Shown: in pieces, positions 52,353 through 62,573 of the stretch
Numbering within the stretch: position 1 is the first letter of the stretch
Layout of the letters: each line of letters starts with the position of its first letter
DNA from: Schmidtea nova
Taxonomy: Eukaryota
Assembly: GCA_044892505.1 (NCBI GenBank)
Contig: CM097882.1
Span: 253,952,001-254,016,000 of the forward strand
Reading direction: 5' to 3'
DNA length: 64,000 nucleotides
Translations under genes and position numbers: made by a program
The notes under the pieces: model-generated
What the model was told of the DNA's origin: nothing
Databases searched by the model: none
The model's input: the letters and a program-made list of their open reading frames with translations, nothing else

Positions 52353-53367
52353 TTATTTTACGGAAATGTAATGTCAAGTAAGTTTTGTCTTCTTTTGCAA
52401 ATTTAACTATTTTTCCACTGTCATCACGAATATTGATTTCAATATTGTTTATATATGTGGAACTGACCGGTAAATACATTGGATTTTTCTCAACAATTTG
52501 AACCAAATCACCCTTTTTATGTTTTTCAACCCAAACACATTTCAATAGGGGAACTGACATGTCCCCAACAAGAATTGGTTGAATAATATTCGTATAGATG
52601 AACATTTGCTGATGAAGTTTTAAAACTTGTGGATAATATACGCCATCAATAATTTTGTCAAAGAATTCTTGTTCAACTAATCCTAACGAATTTGCTAAAT
52701 TCCTACTAAATTTTACACTAGTTATATCATCTTCAAGAATTAATTTAATTAATTTTCCTTCTTTAATATCAATCACTTTAAATGGATGTGGATAAAAAGT
52801 TTCAATTTGATCAGATAATTCAGCAAGATTATTTATTATTAAATCGTCTTTGAAATTATCTGTGTATTCAACAGGATAAGTATAAGTTATAGTAAATCGT
52901 ATAGTATCATCAAGTTTTTTATTTTCATTTGCTGGAATTTTAATTTTGTTTAATTCATCATTAAATGTCACAGATTTTTCTTGAAACCCTAATTTTGTAG
53001 CTTCATCAACACTATCAAATATTATTTGAAATGGAAAATATTTACAATTTACATTTAAAATATTGCCATCAATATACATTAAATAATAATTAGAATCGTG
53101 ACTTATATCATATTCTTTCTTTTGTTGGTTAAAATTGAAATATTCATAACTAGAATGTAATTCATTTCTAGTAAATTTTATACTTGAACTATTATAAAAT
53201 GGAAATTCATTGTACACAAAAGTAAAATCCATAAGAGCAACTTCCCAACTACCATCCAAATAAATAGGGTTTTGATATTCAACATTGAATTTTCCAGCTT
53301 TATTATTGGGATGTGTCAATGGACAAGAATTGCTTGGTAAATTTACATAAAAATCTTTTTTAATCAT
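52345..53367 (-). CDS. Minor capsid protein (penton) paralog 1
   Basis: FYVNLPSNS...WEVALMD at the N-terminus; MFIYTNII...VGDMSVPLL...NPMYLPV...IEINIRDDSG at the C-terminus. Confidence 0.88.
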   Translation of the reverse strand: MIKKDFYVNLPSNSCPLTHPNNKAGKFNVEYQNPIYLDGSWEVALMDFTFVYNEFPFYNSSSIKFTRNELHSSYEYFNFNQQKKEYDISHDSNYYLMYIDGNILNVNCKYFPFQIIFDSVDEATKLGFQEKSVTFNDELNKIKIPANENKKLDDTIRFTITYTYPVEYTDNFKDDLIINNLAELSDQIETFYPHPFKVIDIKEGKLIKLILEDDITSVKFSRNLANSLGLVEQEFFDKIIDGVYYPQVLKLHQQMFIYTNIIQPILVGDMSVPLLKCVWVEKHKKGDLVQIVEKNPMYLPVSSTYINNIEINIRDDSGKIVKFAKEDKTYLTLHFRKINE

Positions 53368-54397
53368 TTATTTTACGAAAATGTAGAGTCAAATGAGTCT
53401 TTGTATCTTTTGAAAATTTAATTAATTTTCCACTGTCATCACGAATATTGATTTCAGTGTTGTTTATAGTTGATGTTGAAATCGGTAAATACATTGGATT
53501 CTTTATTTCAATTTGTACAACTTCGCCTTGGTCATATTTCTTGATCCAAATTGATTTAAGGAGGGGAACTCGTACATCTCCAACAGTTACTGGTTCAATA
53601 ATGTTGCTGTAAATGAACATTTGCTGATGAAGTTGTAAAATTTTGGGGATTTTTACACCAATTATTTCTGTATCAGTATATGTTTGTTTCTGTAGACCCA
53701 GAGATTTGGTTAAATTTGAATCAAAAGTAATTTTTGAAATATTATCCTGAAGAATAATTTTAACCAATTCATTATTGACAAGTTTCAATTCTTTAGATGG
53801 AGATGGATTAATTTTCATTAAATATCCTTGTAATTCCGGTAATGACGTTATGAATAATTCATCTTGAAAATAATAATCATTAACAGTTTTAATGTCATAA
53901 TTTATTAAAATTCCAAATTGTTCAAGACTATTATCATTCGTGAATTTTGGTAATTTTAAACGACAATGGTCATTTTCATTTGTAATCGATATATTTTCCA
54001 ATCCAAAACTTTTTGCATGTTCAATATCTGGAAATGTAATTTTAAATGGAACATGTGGGCAAACAATCTCTAAATAATTATATTTTTCAATAAATACATC
54101 AGTGTCTGAACTAGGTCGAGAAACTATAACTTGAATTGTTTTATTTTGATTATTAATTCTCAAATAACTAATTTCTTGAATTTCTCTTTTAGTTTCAATT
54201 TGAATAAAAGAATTACTATAATACGGGAACAAATTATACACAAAAGTAAAAGCAATCAAAGCAACTTCCCAATCGTCATTACTATTTAAATAAATCGGAT
54301 TTTGAAATTCTACATTAAAATTACTAGCTTCATTATTAGGATAAATAAGAGGACATGCATTGCTAGGCAAAATCATATAAAACTGGTTTTCTTTCAT
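53360..54397 (-). CDS. Minor capsid protein (penton) paralog 2
   Basis: FYMILPSNA...WEVALIA; MFIYSNII...VGDVRVPLL...NPMYLPI...EINIRDDSG. Confidence 0.88.
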   Translation of the reverse strand: MKENQFYMILPSNACPLIYPNNEASNFNVEFQNPIYLNSNDDWEVALIAFTFVYNLFPYYSNSFIQIETKREIQEISYLRINNQNKTIQVIVSRPSSDTDVFIEKYNYLEIVCPHVPFKITFPDIEHAKSFGLENISITNENDHCRLKLPKFTNDNSLEQFGILINYDIKTVNDYYFQDELFITSLPELQGYLMKINPSPSKELKLVNNELVKIILQDNISKITFDSNLTKSLGLQKQTYTDTEIIGVKIPKILQLHQQMFIYSNIIEPVTVGDVRVPLLKSIWIKKYDQGEVVQIEIKNPMYLPISTSTINNTEINIRDDSGKLIKFSKDTKTHLTLHFRKIND

Positions 54398-54402
54398 AAT
54401 AT

Positions 54403-55488
54403 TTATTTAATCAATTGTTTTTCAGATATCCAACTTGGAGTTTCATAGCCATGCCATTTAACGTAATATTGTTTATATTTCCCATCAGTTTTGGTTTTTA
54501 AAATCTTTTGAATTCTAAAAACTGTGGGAGCTGGAATAACTTGAAGTTCTTGTTCGTAGAATTTACCCTCGATTACATTGTTTTCATGATCGGAAATAGT
54601 ATACATGACAGGATTTTGATTAGTATCAACATTTGAGATTTGATATACTTCATCACTCCAATTACTATCAAAATTTTTGATGAATGGAGAAGCACTGATT
54701 TTACTCATTCTCACATAATCGCTTACTTTATATTTCGGTTTTTTATTAATTGATTTTAATCTATCTTTTATCCATCCATCAAAATTATTATTTGAATATA
54801 CATCGATAGGTTTCATTCTATTTAATCCCGAATGCGGTGAACGATTGTAACTGGAAATAATTTTCGGTAAAACATTTATCCATGTTTTGTTACCTTGATA
54901 CACAAAAAACTTTTTCAAACGATCTCTTAAAGTTCGATTAAATCTTTCAACATGAGCAGCTTTGAATTGAGAAAATACAGAATAATGATTGATTCCTTTG
55001 ATCACTTCTTTTACTTTGCTGTTATAAAACTCTTTTCCTAAATTAAAATTAATTAATTTTTAAAAATTTAATTTCTTACCCAAATCAGTTTGTAAATTAC
55101 GTGGCTTCCCATCTTTAAATAAAGATTCAATAGCCTCAGCCATTTCATTAGCAGATTTAGTTTTTGTTGGAATAGCTCGTGCATAACGGCTAAAAACATC
55201 AATACAAGTCAAAATATATTTGTAACCCTTGTTAATTTTAGAATAAGGAATCATTTCCATCAAATCCATTTGCCATAAATCGTTACCCCCAAAAGTTTTA
55301 TATTTCCGTGTAGGAAATCTTTTCAACATTGGTTTATTTAAACTATATGCCAATTGATCAGATAGCCATTTCTGAGTTTCATTCTTTGAACTTTTTATTC
55401 TTTTTGCCAATTTTTTGACTGAACCAAAACCATCGGGATCTTTTGGGTTTGTCCATATCGTTTTTATATTCTTCATGATTTTCTTCAT
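54403..55488 (-). CDS. int: Retroviral-type (rve) integrase with C-terminal chromo-like domain, two exons (intron 55038-55079)
   Basis: WQMDL, CIDVFSR; the spliced junction gives LQTDLG|KEFYN; AAHVERFNRTL; YYVKWHGY. The 42-nt GTAAGA...TTTAG intron joins ORFs 55060..55488 and 54403..55005 in frame. Confidence 0.9.
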
Positions 55489-55550
55489 TAATACAACAAT
55501 TTGTTAAAATATTTAAATCTATATTATGTTTATTCGGTTCAGAAATTTTA

Positions 55551-55880
55551 TTACCCATTTCTTAAAGATGAGATTGCGCTTATTGCTGATAATACTATTG
55601 GAATTAATGTACCGAGAAACCCACCCTTTTGTTTATATATTATTTTTCGCATAAGATTTCTATTTTTGGTATTCACTAATGATAAAAGCGAATTTTTATG
55701 TTTTTGTAGTTCAATTTTCTTTGATCTACTAATATTTACATTACCATGAACAATATTAAAAACGATTTCAAGTAAATCATCAATAACAAAGGGTGGGAAA
55801 GCTTGTAAAATTATCATTCGCTTATTTGTTGGAGCTTTAACCAAAGCATTAAAATACGGTAAACTACGTTCAAATTTCAT
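55551..55880 (-). CDS. Conserved Maverick small protein with QKGG|FLGTLIPIVLSAI amphipathic tail
   Basis: LEIVFNIVHGNV...KQKGGFLG pattern, which I recall from Maverick core ORFs. Confidence 0.7.
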   Translation of the reverse strand: MKFERSLPYFNALVKAPTNKRMIILQAFPPFVIDDLLEIVFNIVHGNVNISRSKKIELQKHKNSLLSLVNTKNRNLMRKIIYKQKGGFLGTLIPIVLSAISAISSLRNG

Positions 55881-55910
55881 GATTAAAATTTTTGTTTATA
55901 TTTATTTCGT

Positions 55911-56072
55911 TTATAATTTTATCCACTTCTTTACTTGTTTCTTTCTTTTACCAATCTTTTTGACAACTTTTTTAACTAATTTAGATTTTTGATCAACTTT
56001 TTTAAGAAGTTTTTGATCAGCTTTTTGAACAGCTTCTTTATTTAACTTGACAATTACTTTTTTAAATGACAT
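55911..56072 (-). CDS. 53-aa Lys-rich protein (not in ORF track), candidate DNA-condensing protein
   Basis: Manual translation MSFKKVIVKLNKEAVQKADQKLLKKVDQKSKLVKKVVKKIGKRKKQVKKWIKL*; fills the gap between ATPase and the next gene. Confidence 0.55.
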   Translation of the reverse strand: MSFKKVIVKLNKEAVQKADQKLLKKVDQKSKLVKKVVKKIGKRKKQVKKWIKL

Positions 56073-56093
56073 TACTATTTCTTTTATTTATTT

Positions 56094-56717
56094 TCAATTT
56101 TGTTTATAAACCGTGACTCCATTTTCGTTAAATATATCCGTTCGGATGCGTAAATCATCAGGACATTGTTGAGTAAAATCAAAGAATAAATATCCATGAG
56201 GAACTTTAGTAGTATCTTGAAATGAATTAATTAAGAATTTCCTATCATTAGGGTAAGCTTGTCTTGCTAGAAAATCAATAATTGTAGCATCTCTTGGGTT
56301 TTTGAATATAACCAAGTATTGAACATTTAAATTACGAGTTCTGTGACTACCACCTTGATGAAATAAATTTTGAGTAATGAAAATTACAGTAACTCCTAAA
56401 TGTCTACTAATTTTTGTGAATAAATTATTAAAATCTTTTTCTTTATTTGCTTCTTGGTACAAATCATCGATAATTATAACATCGCCTTGACGTAATCTAG
56501 ATGACCAGTTTTTATCAAACCCTTTTATAATTGTCATTTTTAATTTACAGAATTGATCTTGAGTCAGTCCATGTTCTTCATCAGCTCCCCGATGCCAGTA
56601 AATTTTATTGAATTTAGATTTAAACATTTTTGATTGCAACAATTTACATACAAATAGTGTTTTTCCACTACCACTTGGGCCCACTATTTGATAAACTGCA
56701 TCATTTCTTAATTCCAT
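56094..56717 (-). CDS. A32/FtsK-like packaging ATPase
   Basis: Walker A GPSGSGKT, Walker B IIIDD, ISRHLGVTVIFITQNLF. Confidence 0.92.
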   Translation of the reverse strand: MELRNDAVYQIVGPSGSGKTLFVCKLLQSKMFKSKFNKIYWHRGADEEHGLTQDQFCKLKMTIIKGFDKNWSSRLRQGDVIIIDDLYQEANKEKDFNNLFTKISRHLGVTVIFITQNLFHQGGSHRTRNLNVQYLVIFKNPRDATIIDFLARQAYPNDRKFLINSFQDTTKVPHGYLFFDFTQQCPDDLRIRTDIFNENGVTVYKQN

Positions 56718-56776
56718 TTTTAATTAATTAATTATTAATTAATTTAATATTGTTTATATTTATTCGATTTATAAAA

Positions 56777-57259
56777 ATGATAAGTAATATTAATTATATG
56801 GGCAAGTGTTTAGTTCCAAACATGATATTTCCTGTTGGAAAACCCCAGCAAGTTATAGATAGGAGTGGAAAGTACCCTATTTTATTTTTCAGATCGGGAA
56901 AATGTCGTGTAATGGGTTGTAAGCAACCGTTAAAACCAGATGATTTGAAATATAAAATTTCCGATTTAAAAATTCAATCGATCACTATAACATTGGATAT
57001 GGGTAAATCCATAAATTTATACGAATTGCAAAATAAAACAGAGTGCTGGTACGAACCCGAAATATTTCCAGCTTTAAGATTAATAAATTATAACCCTATT
57101 TGTATTAATATTTTTTCAAGTGGAAAAGTTGTAATATTAGGAATTAAAACATTGGATTATTTTAATCAAGTAAATGAAATTAAAAATTATATTAATTCAT
57201 TAATCAATAATGAATTAATTGATGAAAAATATCTCGATTTATTATTTAATTTTGTTTAA
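56777..57259 (+). CDS. TBP-like: TATA-binding-protein-like protein (160 aa from ATG 56777)
   Basis: Repeat 2 YEPEIFPALRL...INIFSSGKVVILGIK matches TBP YEPELFPGLIY...LIFVSGKVVLTGAK; repeat 1 LFFRSGKCRVMGCK matches LIFSSGKMVCTGAK. Confidence 0.85.
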   Translation: MISNINYMGKCLVPNMIFPVGKPQQVIDRSGKYPILFFRSGKCRVMGCKQPLKPDDLKYKISDLKIQSITITLDMGKSINLYELQNKTECWYEPEIFPALRLINYNPICINIFSSGKVVILGIKTLDYFNQVNEIKNYINSLINNELIDEKYLDLLFNFV

Positions 57260-57294
57260 ATACATTGTTATTTTACAAATCCATATTTTTGAAA

Positions 57295-57680
57295 ATGTCT
57301 AAAAGTAAGTATTATTTTTAATTAACTATATTATTAATATTTTTTATTTAGCTTATTTATTTGAAGTGGTCCTGAAGAAAATTCAAGAATTATATCCAAA
57401 AATAAAAGATTCTTTGGATTATTGTGCGCCAGAGTTATTGGTTCATAAGATATACAAGCTTACTGGGATCAATATCGAACAATTGCTCGAGATTCACTAC
57501 GATATGGTTCTTGGAGCTGGAGTCAAGTGCATTGAAAATTGCATAGTTTGCAATGATTCACTAAGAGTATCCTGTGTAAACGGATGTGCATGCTGCCATG
57601 ATTTTAAAAGAGATCATTCGGTGCATATCTTAATGTCAGAAATGCGTAAAGCATATTATAACGACATTTATAATTTATAA
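57295..57680 (+). CDS. Two-exon Cys-rich hypothetical protein (intron 57305-57351)
   Basis: The GTAAGT...TTTAG intron gives MSK|TYLFEVVLKK in frame with ORF 57366; CIENCIVC, CVNGCACCHD. Confidence 0.6.
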
Positions 57681-58080
57681 TAAAGTTTTGTGATTTAGTT
57701 GTTCTTTATTTCATAATTTTTCAAAGTTTTGTGATTTAGTTGTTCTTTATTATTTTCAAAGTTTTTTCAAAGTTATTATTATTTTTCTAAGTTTTTTCAA
57801 AGTTTATTATAATTATNNNNNNNNNNNNNNNNNNNNNNNNNNNNNNNNNNNNNNNNNNNNNNNNNNNNNNNNNNNNNNNNNNNNNNNNNNNNNNNNNNNN
57901 NNNNNNNNNNNNNNNNNNNNNNNNNNNNNNNNNNNNNNNNNNNNNNNNNNNNNNNTATTATTATTTTAAAAATTTTTCTAAGTTTTTATTATTATTATTA
58001 TTATTTTAAAAATTTTTCTAAGTTTTTTCTAAGTTAATAATTATTATTATTATTATAATTATTATTATTATTATTATTAA

Positions 58081-58119
<39 letters not shown>

Positions 58120-58179
58120 CATAATTATCTTTTTTCACCTTTGATCTTTTTTTATTATTATTATCAATAATTCTCATAA

Positions 58180-58349
58180 TGACTATAGATCAAAATTTTT
58201 TTTTATAAACAATAACACAATATTTCGGCACAGCCTTTATCAAGTGTGTATTTCTTGTACACACTTGTGTATTTCTTGTACACACTTGATAAAGGCTGTG
58301 CCGAAATATTGTGTTATTGTTTATAAAAAAAAATTTTGATCTATAGTCA
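58180..58349. repeat. Perfect 71-bp inverted repeat with 28-bp spacer, ending at an N gap
   Basis: Arms 58180-58250 and 58279-58349. Confidence 0.8.
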
Positions 58350-59618
58350 NNNNNNNNNNNNNNNNNNNNNNNNNNNNNNNNNNNNNNNNNNNNNNNNNNN
58401 NNNNNNNNNNNNNNNNNNNNNNNNNNNNNNNNNNNNNNNNNNNNNNNNNNNNNNNNNNNNNNNNNNNNNNNNNNNNNNNNNNNNNNNNNNNNNNNNNNNN
58501 NNNNNNNNNNNNNNNNNNNNTATTATTATTCAAACTGAACCAAAAATATAAAAATTAATTTAAATTTAAAAAAATTAAAATAAATATAAATTATTAAAAA
58601 TAAATAAATTAAAAATAAATATTAATTAAAATAAATATAAATTAAAAATTAATTTAAATAAATAAATAAATATAAATTATTAAAAATAAATTAAAAATAA
58701 ATATTAATTAAAAATAAATTAATTAATAAAAATAAATTATTAAAAATAAATTAAAAATAAATATTAATTAAAAATAAATTAATTAATAAAAATAAATTAT
58801 TAAAAATAAATTATTAAAAATAAAAAATTAAATATAAATTAANNNNNNNNNNNNNNNNNNNNNNNNNNNNNNNNNNNNNNNNNNNNNNNNNNNNNNNNNN
58901 NNNNNNNNNNNNNNNNNNNNNNNNNNNNNNNNNNNNNNNNNNNNNNNNNNNNNNNNNNNNNNNNNNNNNNNNNNNNNNNNAAAATAATAAATTAAATTGA
59001 CTTCATTTAAACAAAAAATTAAAATTAAAAAATTCACTTCATTTAAACAAAATTAAAAATTAAAAATTCACTTAATTTAAACAAAATAAAAAAATTTTAA
59101 AAATTCACTTCATTTAAACAAATTTTTTTGGGGGGGGTAAAAAAAATTTTAGGGGGGAGGGGGGTCTGTTCCTGTTCTTGGGCGCTCCCCCTACTCTACT
59201 TTTATCTTAACGGCAACGCTTGCTACAAATTTTAAATTATCAGAAACATATGGTAGCAGAGTGTGGTTCCCTTGTGGGAGCCACGCTAGAATTCAGAAAA
59301 TGATGGCCCAGGTGAGGGGGCCTTTAAGAAATTTCGATCCTCACCAGGAAAAAGGTCTCTTTTATTTTATTATGAATAATATTAATGACAAGGACCGATG
59401 TCCTCAATGCAAAGAGATTCTTAAATGCCGGAGATAATGCCGAGTTACCGATATTGGCAAACCAGATATTAGCAGGTATGATTACAATTTGCCATGATGC
59501 GATTTTTGGAATTTATTTTAATAAAATATATTGTGATAGGGTATTATTTTTGCCATATAAAGGCAGCCCCCGTAATGGGCCCCGGAGGTTGTCATGTGAT
59601 ACCTTACACCCAAATTAT

Positions 59619-59846
59619 ATACAAATATTTGTAAAGACATTAAGTGGCAAAGTTGTTACAGTCCAAATAAAATTAAATTCCTCAATACACGACCTTAAAA
59701 GGATAATCTTTAGAAAAGAAGGGATTCCCATTAAAATTCAAAATTTAATTCATGGGAGGAAACATCTGTTAGGGGACACAAAATTGAAGGATCATGGAAT
59801 TAAACATGGTTCCACAGTCCAAGTGTTAATGGGTTTAAAGGGAGGA
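59619..59846 (+). other. 76-aa ubiquitin-like domain ending LKGG, in frame upstream of BEL Gag
   Basis: IQIFVKTLSGK...KEGIP...LKGG; about 31/76 identities to ubiquitin by hand count. Confidence 0.92.
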
Positions 59847-59924
59847 AGTAATGAAAATGAATTTTTCGGAGGATTACTGGAGGTATCAAAGAGAAAGAAT
59901 AGGTTGACAAGAAGTAGGAATTAG

Positions 59925-62573
59925 GTGAAGATGGCGTTAGGTAAGGATAATTGCAATGAAATATATTTACAATACTACGAGGAGTATGAAAAGGCATTAG
60001 AAGATTTTGCAAAGTTAAGAATATTAGGTGAAAGATTGGGAAAGGAAAGTGAGGTGAAAAAGCTTACCAAAGATATTTTGGAGTTGGAAAAGAAAGGTGA
60101 GGATTTAGATGAACGAATCGATCGTTTTACAGAAGTAAAAGTTGAACCACAGACCTCAGCTTATAAAACGGAGGAACATGGTCCAACTCTAAGTAAGATG
60201 AAAAAATTGTCGATACCAGTTTTTAATGGTAAGTTGAAAGAATATAGAACTTGGAGAGCTGCCTTTGAAGTAAGTATCAATAAAGCAATTGGATCCAAGG
60301 AAGAAAAGCTTCAACATCTACGTCAATATTTAGCAGGGGAAGCATTAAAACTAATTGAAAATTTAGATCACACAGCTAAAGCTTATGATTCAGCGCTTGA
60401 ACAACTGGAGATTAATTATGGAGGGGACGACCGTGCTTATAGGAGTCTTTTACAGGAATTAGAAAGATTTAGATTATTAAGAGAAGGTCAGGTAAAAAAC
60501 ATGGAATTGTTGATACAATTGACGGAAACACTGATTGTGAGTTTGGAAGATATGGGCAGACAAAGCGAACTTGGAAGGAGTTTCATATATGAGAAGTTAA
60601 TCCAGCAATTAACTGAAGCCATGTTGGATGAGTGGATGATTGTATCTTCGAACATAGAAGACCCAGAGAAAATAGGAGTGAAAGGCCTTCGGGAATGGTT
60701 GCAAAAGAAATTGCAAAGAACTAAACAGATCTTTGAGATAAAAAGAGGTAGTGAATCATTAAGGAAAACTTTTGAAGACCGAAGGAATTTTAACACTGGA
60801 TCTCAAACCCAAAAGCTCAGGTCTCACGTGCAGATTAGTGAAGACAATGAAGGGTCATTTAATAAAACTGGATGTTTCAATTGTGGAGGCAATCATTTTA
60901 AAAGTCAATGCCCAGCTTTTAAGAAATTGAAGAAAGATAAATTGGTTTGTTTGATACGTACAGAAGAGCATTACATTAATCAGTGCAAGAAGTTCAAAGA
61001 AATGACTCAGGAACAAAGATTGAACAAGGCCAAAGAATTAAAGTTATGTTTTAATTGTCTCAAGAACAACCATATTGTCAAGAATTGTAAAAAGGAAAAG
61101 ATGTGTAAAGTAGACGGATGCACAAAAAAGCATAATTATTGGTTACATAACTTTTCAACTCTAAAGGCTCCAGAAAAGCAAGTAACATTAATGGGAATCG
61201 GGAAGAAACAAGTCAAAAATTCAACAAAATGGTTCAGTTTGAGAACTGTTCCTATTATCTTAGAGAGTAATGGCAAACAATTATTTGTGAACGCACTGTT
61301 AGACGATGCTAGCACGGCAAGCTTTGTAAGCGAAAGAGTTGCATCAGAAGTGAACCTCGATGGAGGCGATATAAATACAACGATAAAGGTTATTGGTGGA
61401 AGAACTGAGGGAATACCAGCTCAAAGTGTTGAAATGATCCTGAAGGATACTGGAGGGAAAATAGTTAAAATATTTAAAGCATTGGCTCTTAGATCAATTA
61501 CAAGGAATATGAAAGTAATTGATTGGACAAAAGTAGCTCACTCGTGGCCTCATTTAAAGGGAATTCCGTTCCCGTCCTTATATGGAAAGCAGACAGTTGA
61601 CGTCTTGATTGGAGTAGATTATTTAGACCTCCATAGAACTATTGAAGAAATTACTGGAAATGAAAATGAACCTATTGCAAGACGCACGCCATTAAGGTGG
61701 ACTTGTATAGGTGGACCAGGAATTATGATGCCATTAAATCACCAGACAAATTTTGTGCGTGCTTACTTTATTAAGGAAGGAAATATAAATTATCAGATTC
61801 AGAAATTCTGGGAGCTTGAGGAAGTTCAAGAAACCCCAATCGCACTTTCAACAAAAGATAAATTAATTATGGATGAAACAAAAAATCAATTAAGTTATAA
61901 AGATAATAGATATGAAGTTAGTTTGCCTTGGAAAAAAGAAAGACCAGAATTGGTTGTAAATAGAAACATGGCAGAAAACAGATTGAAAAGTTTACAAGAA
62001 CGATTTAGTAAAGATGTAATATTAAAAAAGGAGTATTCAGAAGTAATAGCAGAACATGAAAGAAAAGATTATATAAGGGAAATTACTAAGGCAGAGGAAT
62101 CCGAAAATAAATGGTTGTTACCACACTTCCCAGTTATAAAAAGAGATAGAGAATCGACAAAAATAAGAATTGTGTTTGACGCAGCTGCCAAAAATTGGGG
62201 AACTTGTTTGAATGATATAATAGAAACAGGGCCAAAATTACAAAACGACTTGTTTGATGTTTTGCTACGGTTTAGGAAACATAGAATTGCAATCGTATGC
62301 GATATTGCCGAAATGTTTTTGCAAATAGCAGTGGCTAAGGAAGATAGGAAATATTTGAGATTTTTATGGCAAGATGAAGCCAAAATTAAAGTTTTTGGAT
62401 TTAATAGATTAGTGTTTGGAATAAATGCCTCTCCGTACTTAGCACAGTATGTGACTCAAGAGAATGCAGGAAATTTAGAGAATAAATTTCCAAGAGCTGT
62501 TGAGACAGTTATTAAATCCACTTACATGGACGATAGTTTAGATTCCGTGGAATCGGAGGTAGAGGCATTTTAG
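59925..62573 (+). pseudogene. BEL/Pao Gag-PR-RT segment
   Basis: IPVFNGKLKEYRTW, KLQHLRQYLAGEA, CFNCLKNNHIVKNC, LPHFPV, YMDD; bounded by in-frame TAGs. Confidence 0.88.

Larger units (their letters stand above)
43306..59200. mobile_element. Maverick/Polinton (adintovirus-like) element, 15,895 bp including N gaps
   Basis: TIRs AGTAGAGTAGGGGGAGCGCCCAAGAACAGG... and ...CTACTCTACT; 6-bp TSD TTTATC (43300-43305, 59201-59206); pPolB, PRO, MCP, mCP, INT and ATPase genes. Confidence 0.96.
34721..59437 (+). pseudogene. ~253-aa ORF split into three pieces (34721-34754, 42809-43305, 59207-59437) by two Maverick insertions; span given is the join
   Basis: Removing both elements and one copy of each TSD gives a continuous frame MEFGNPKIDIC|QLKLNDYLF...SARFI|LTATLATNF...CPQCKEILKCRR*. 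TATAAAAG lies at 34681. Confidence 0.75.

Noticed and set aside
54403-55488. Maverick integrase as a frameshifted pseudogene
   Set aside because: A canonical 42-nt GT-AG intron restores the frame and the TDxGKEF motif.
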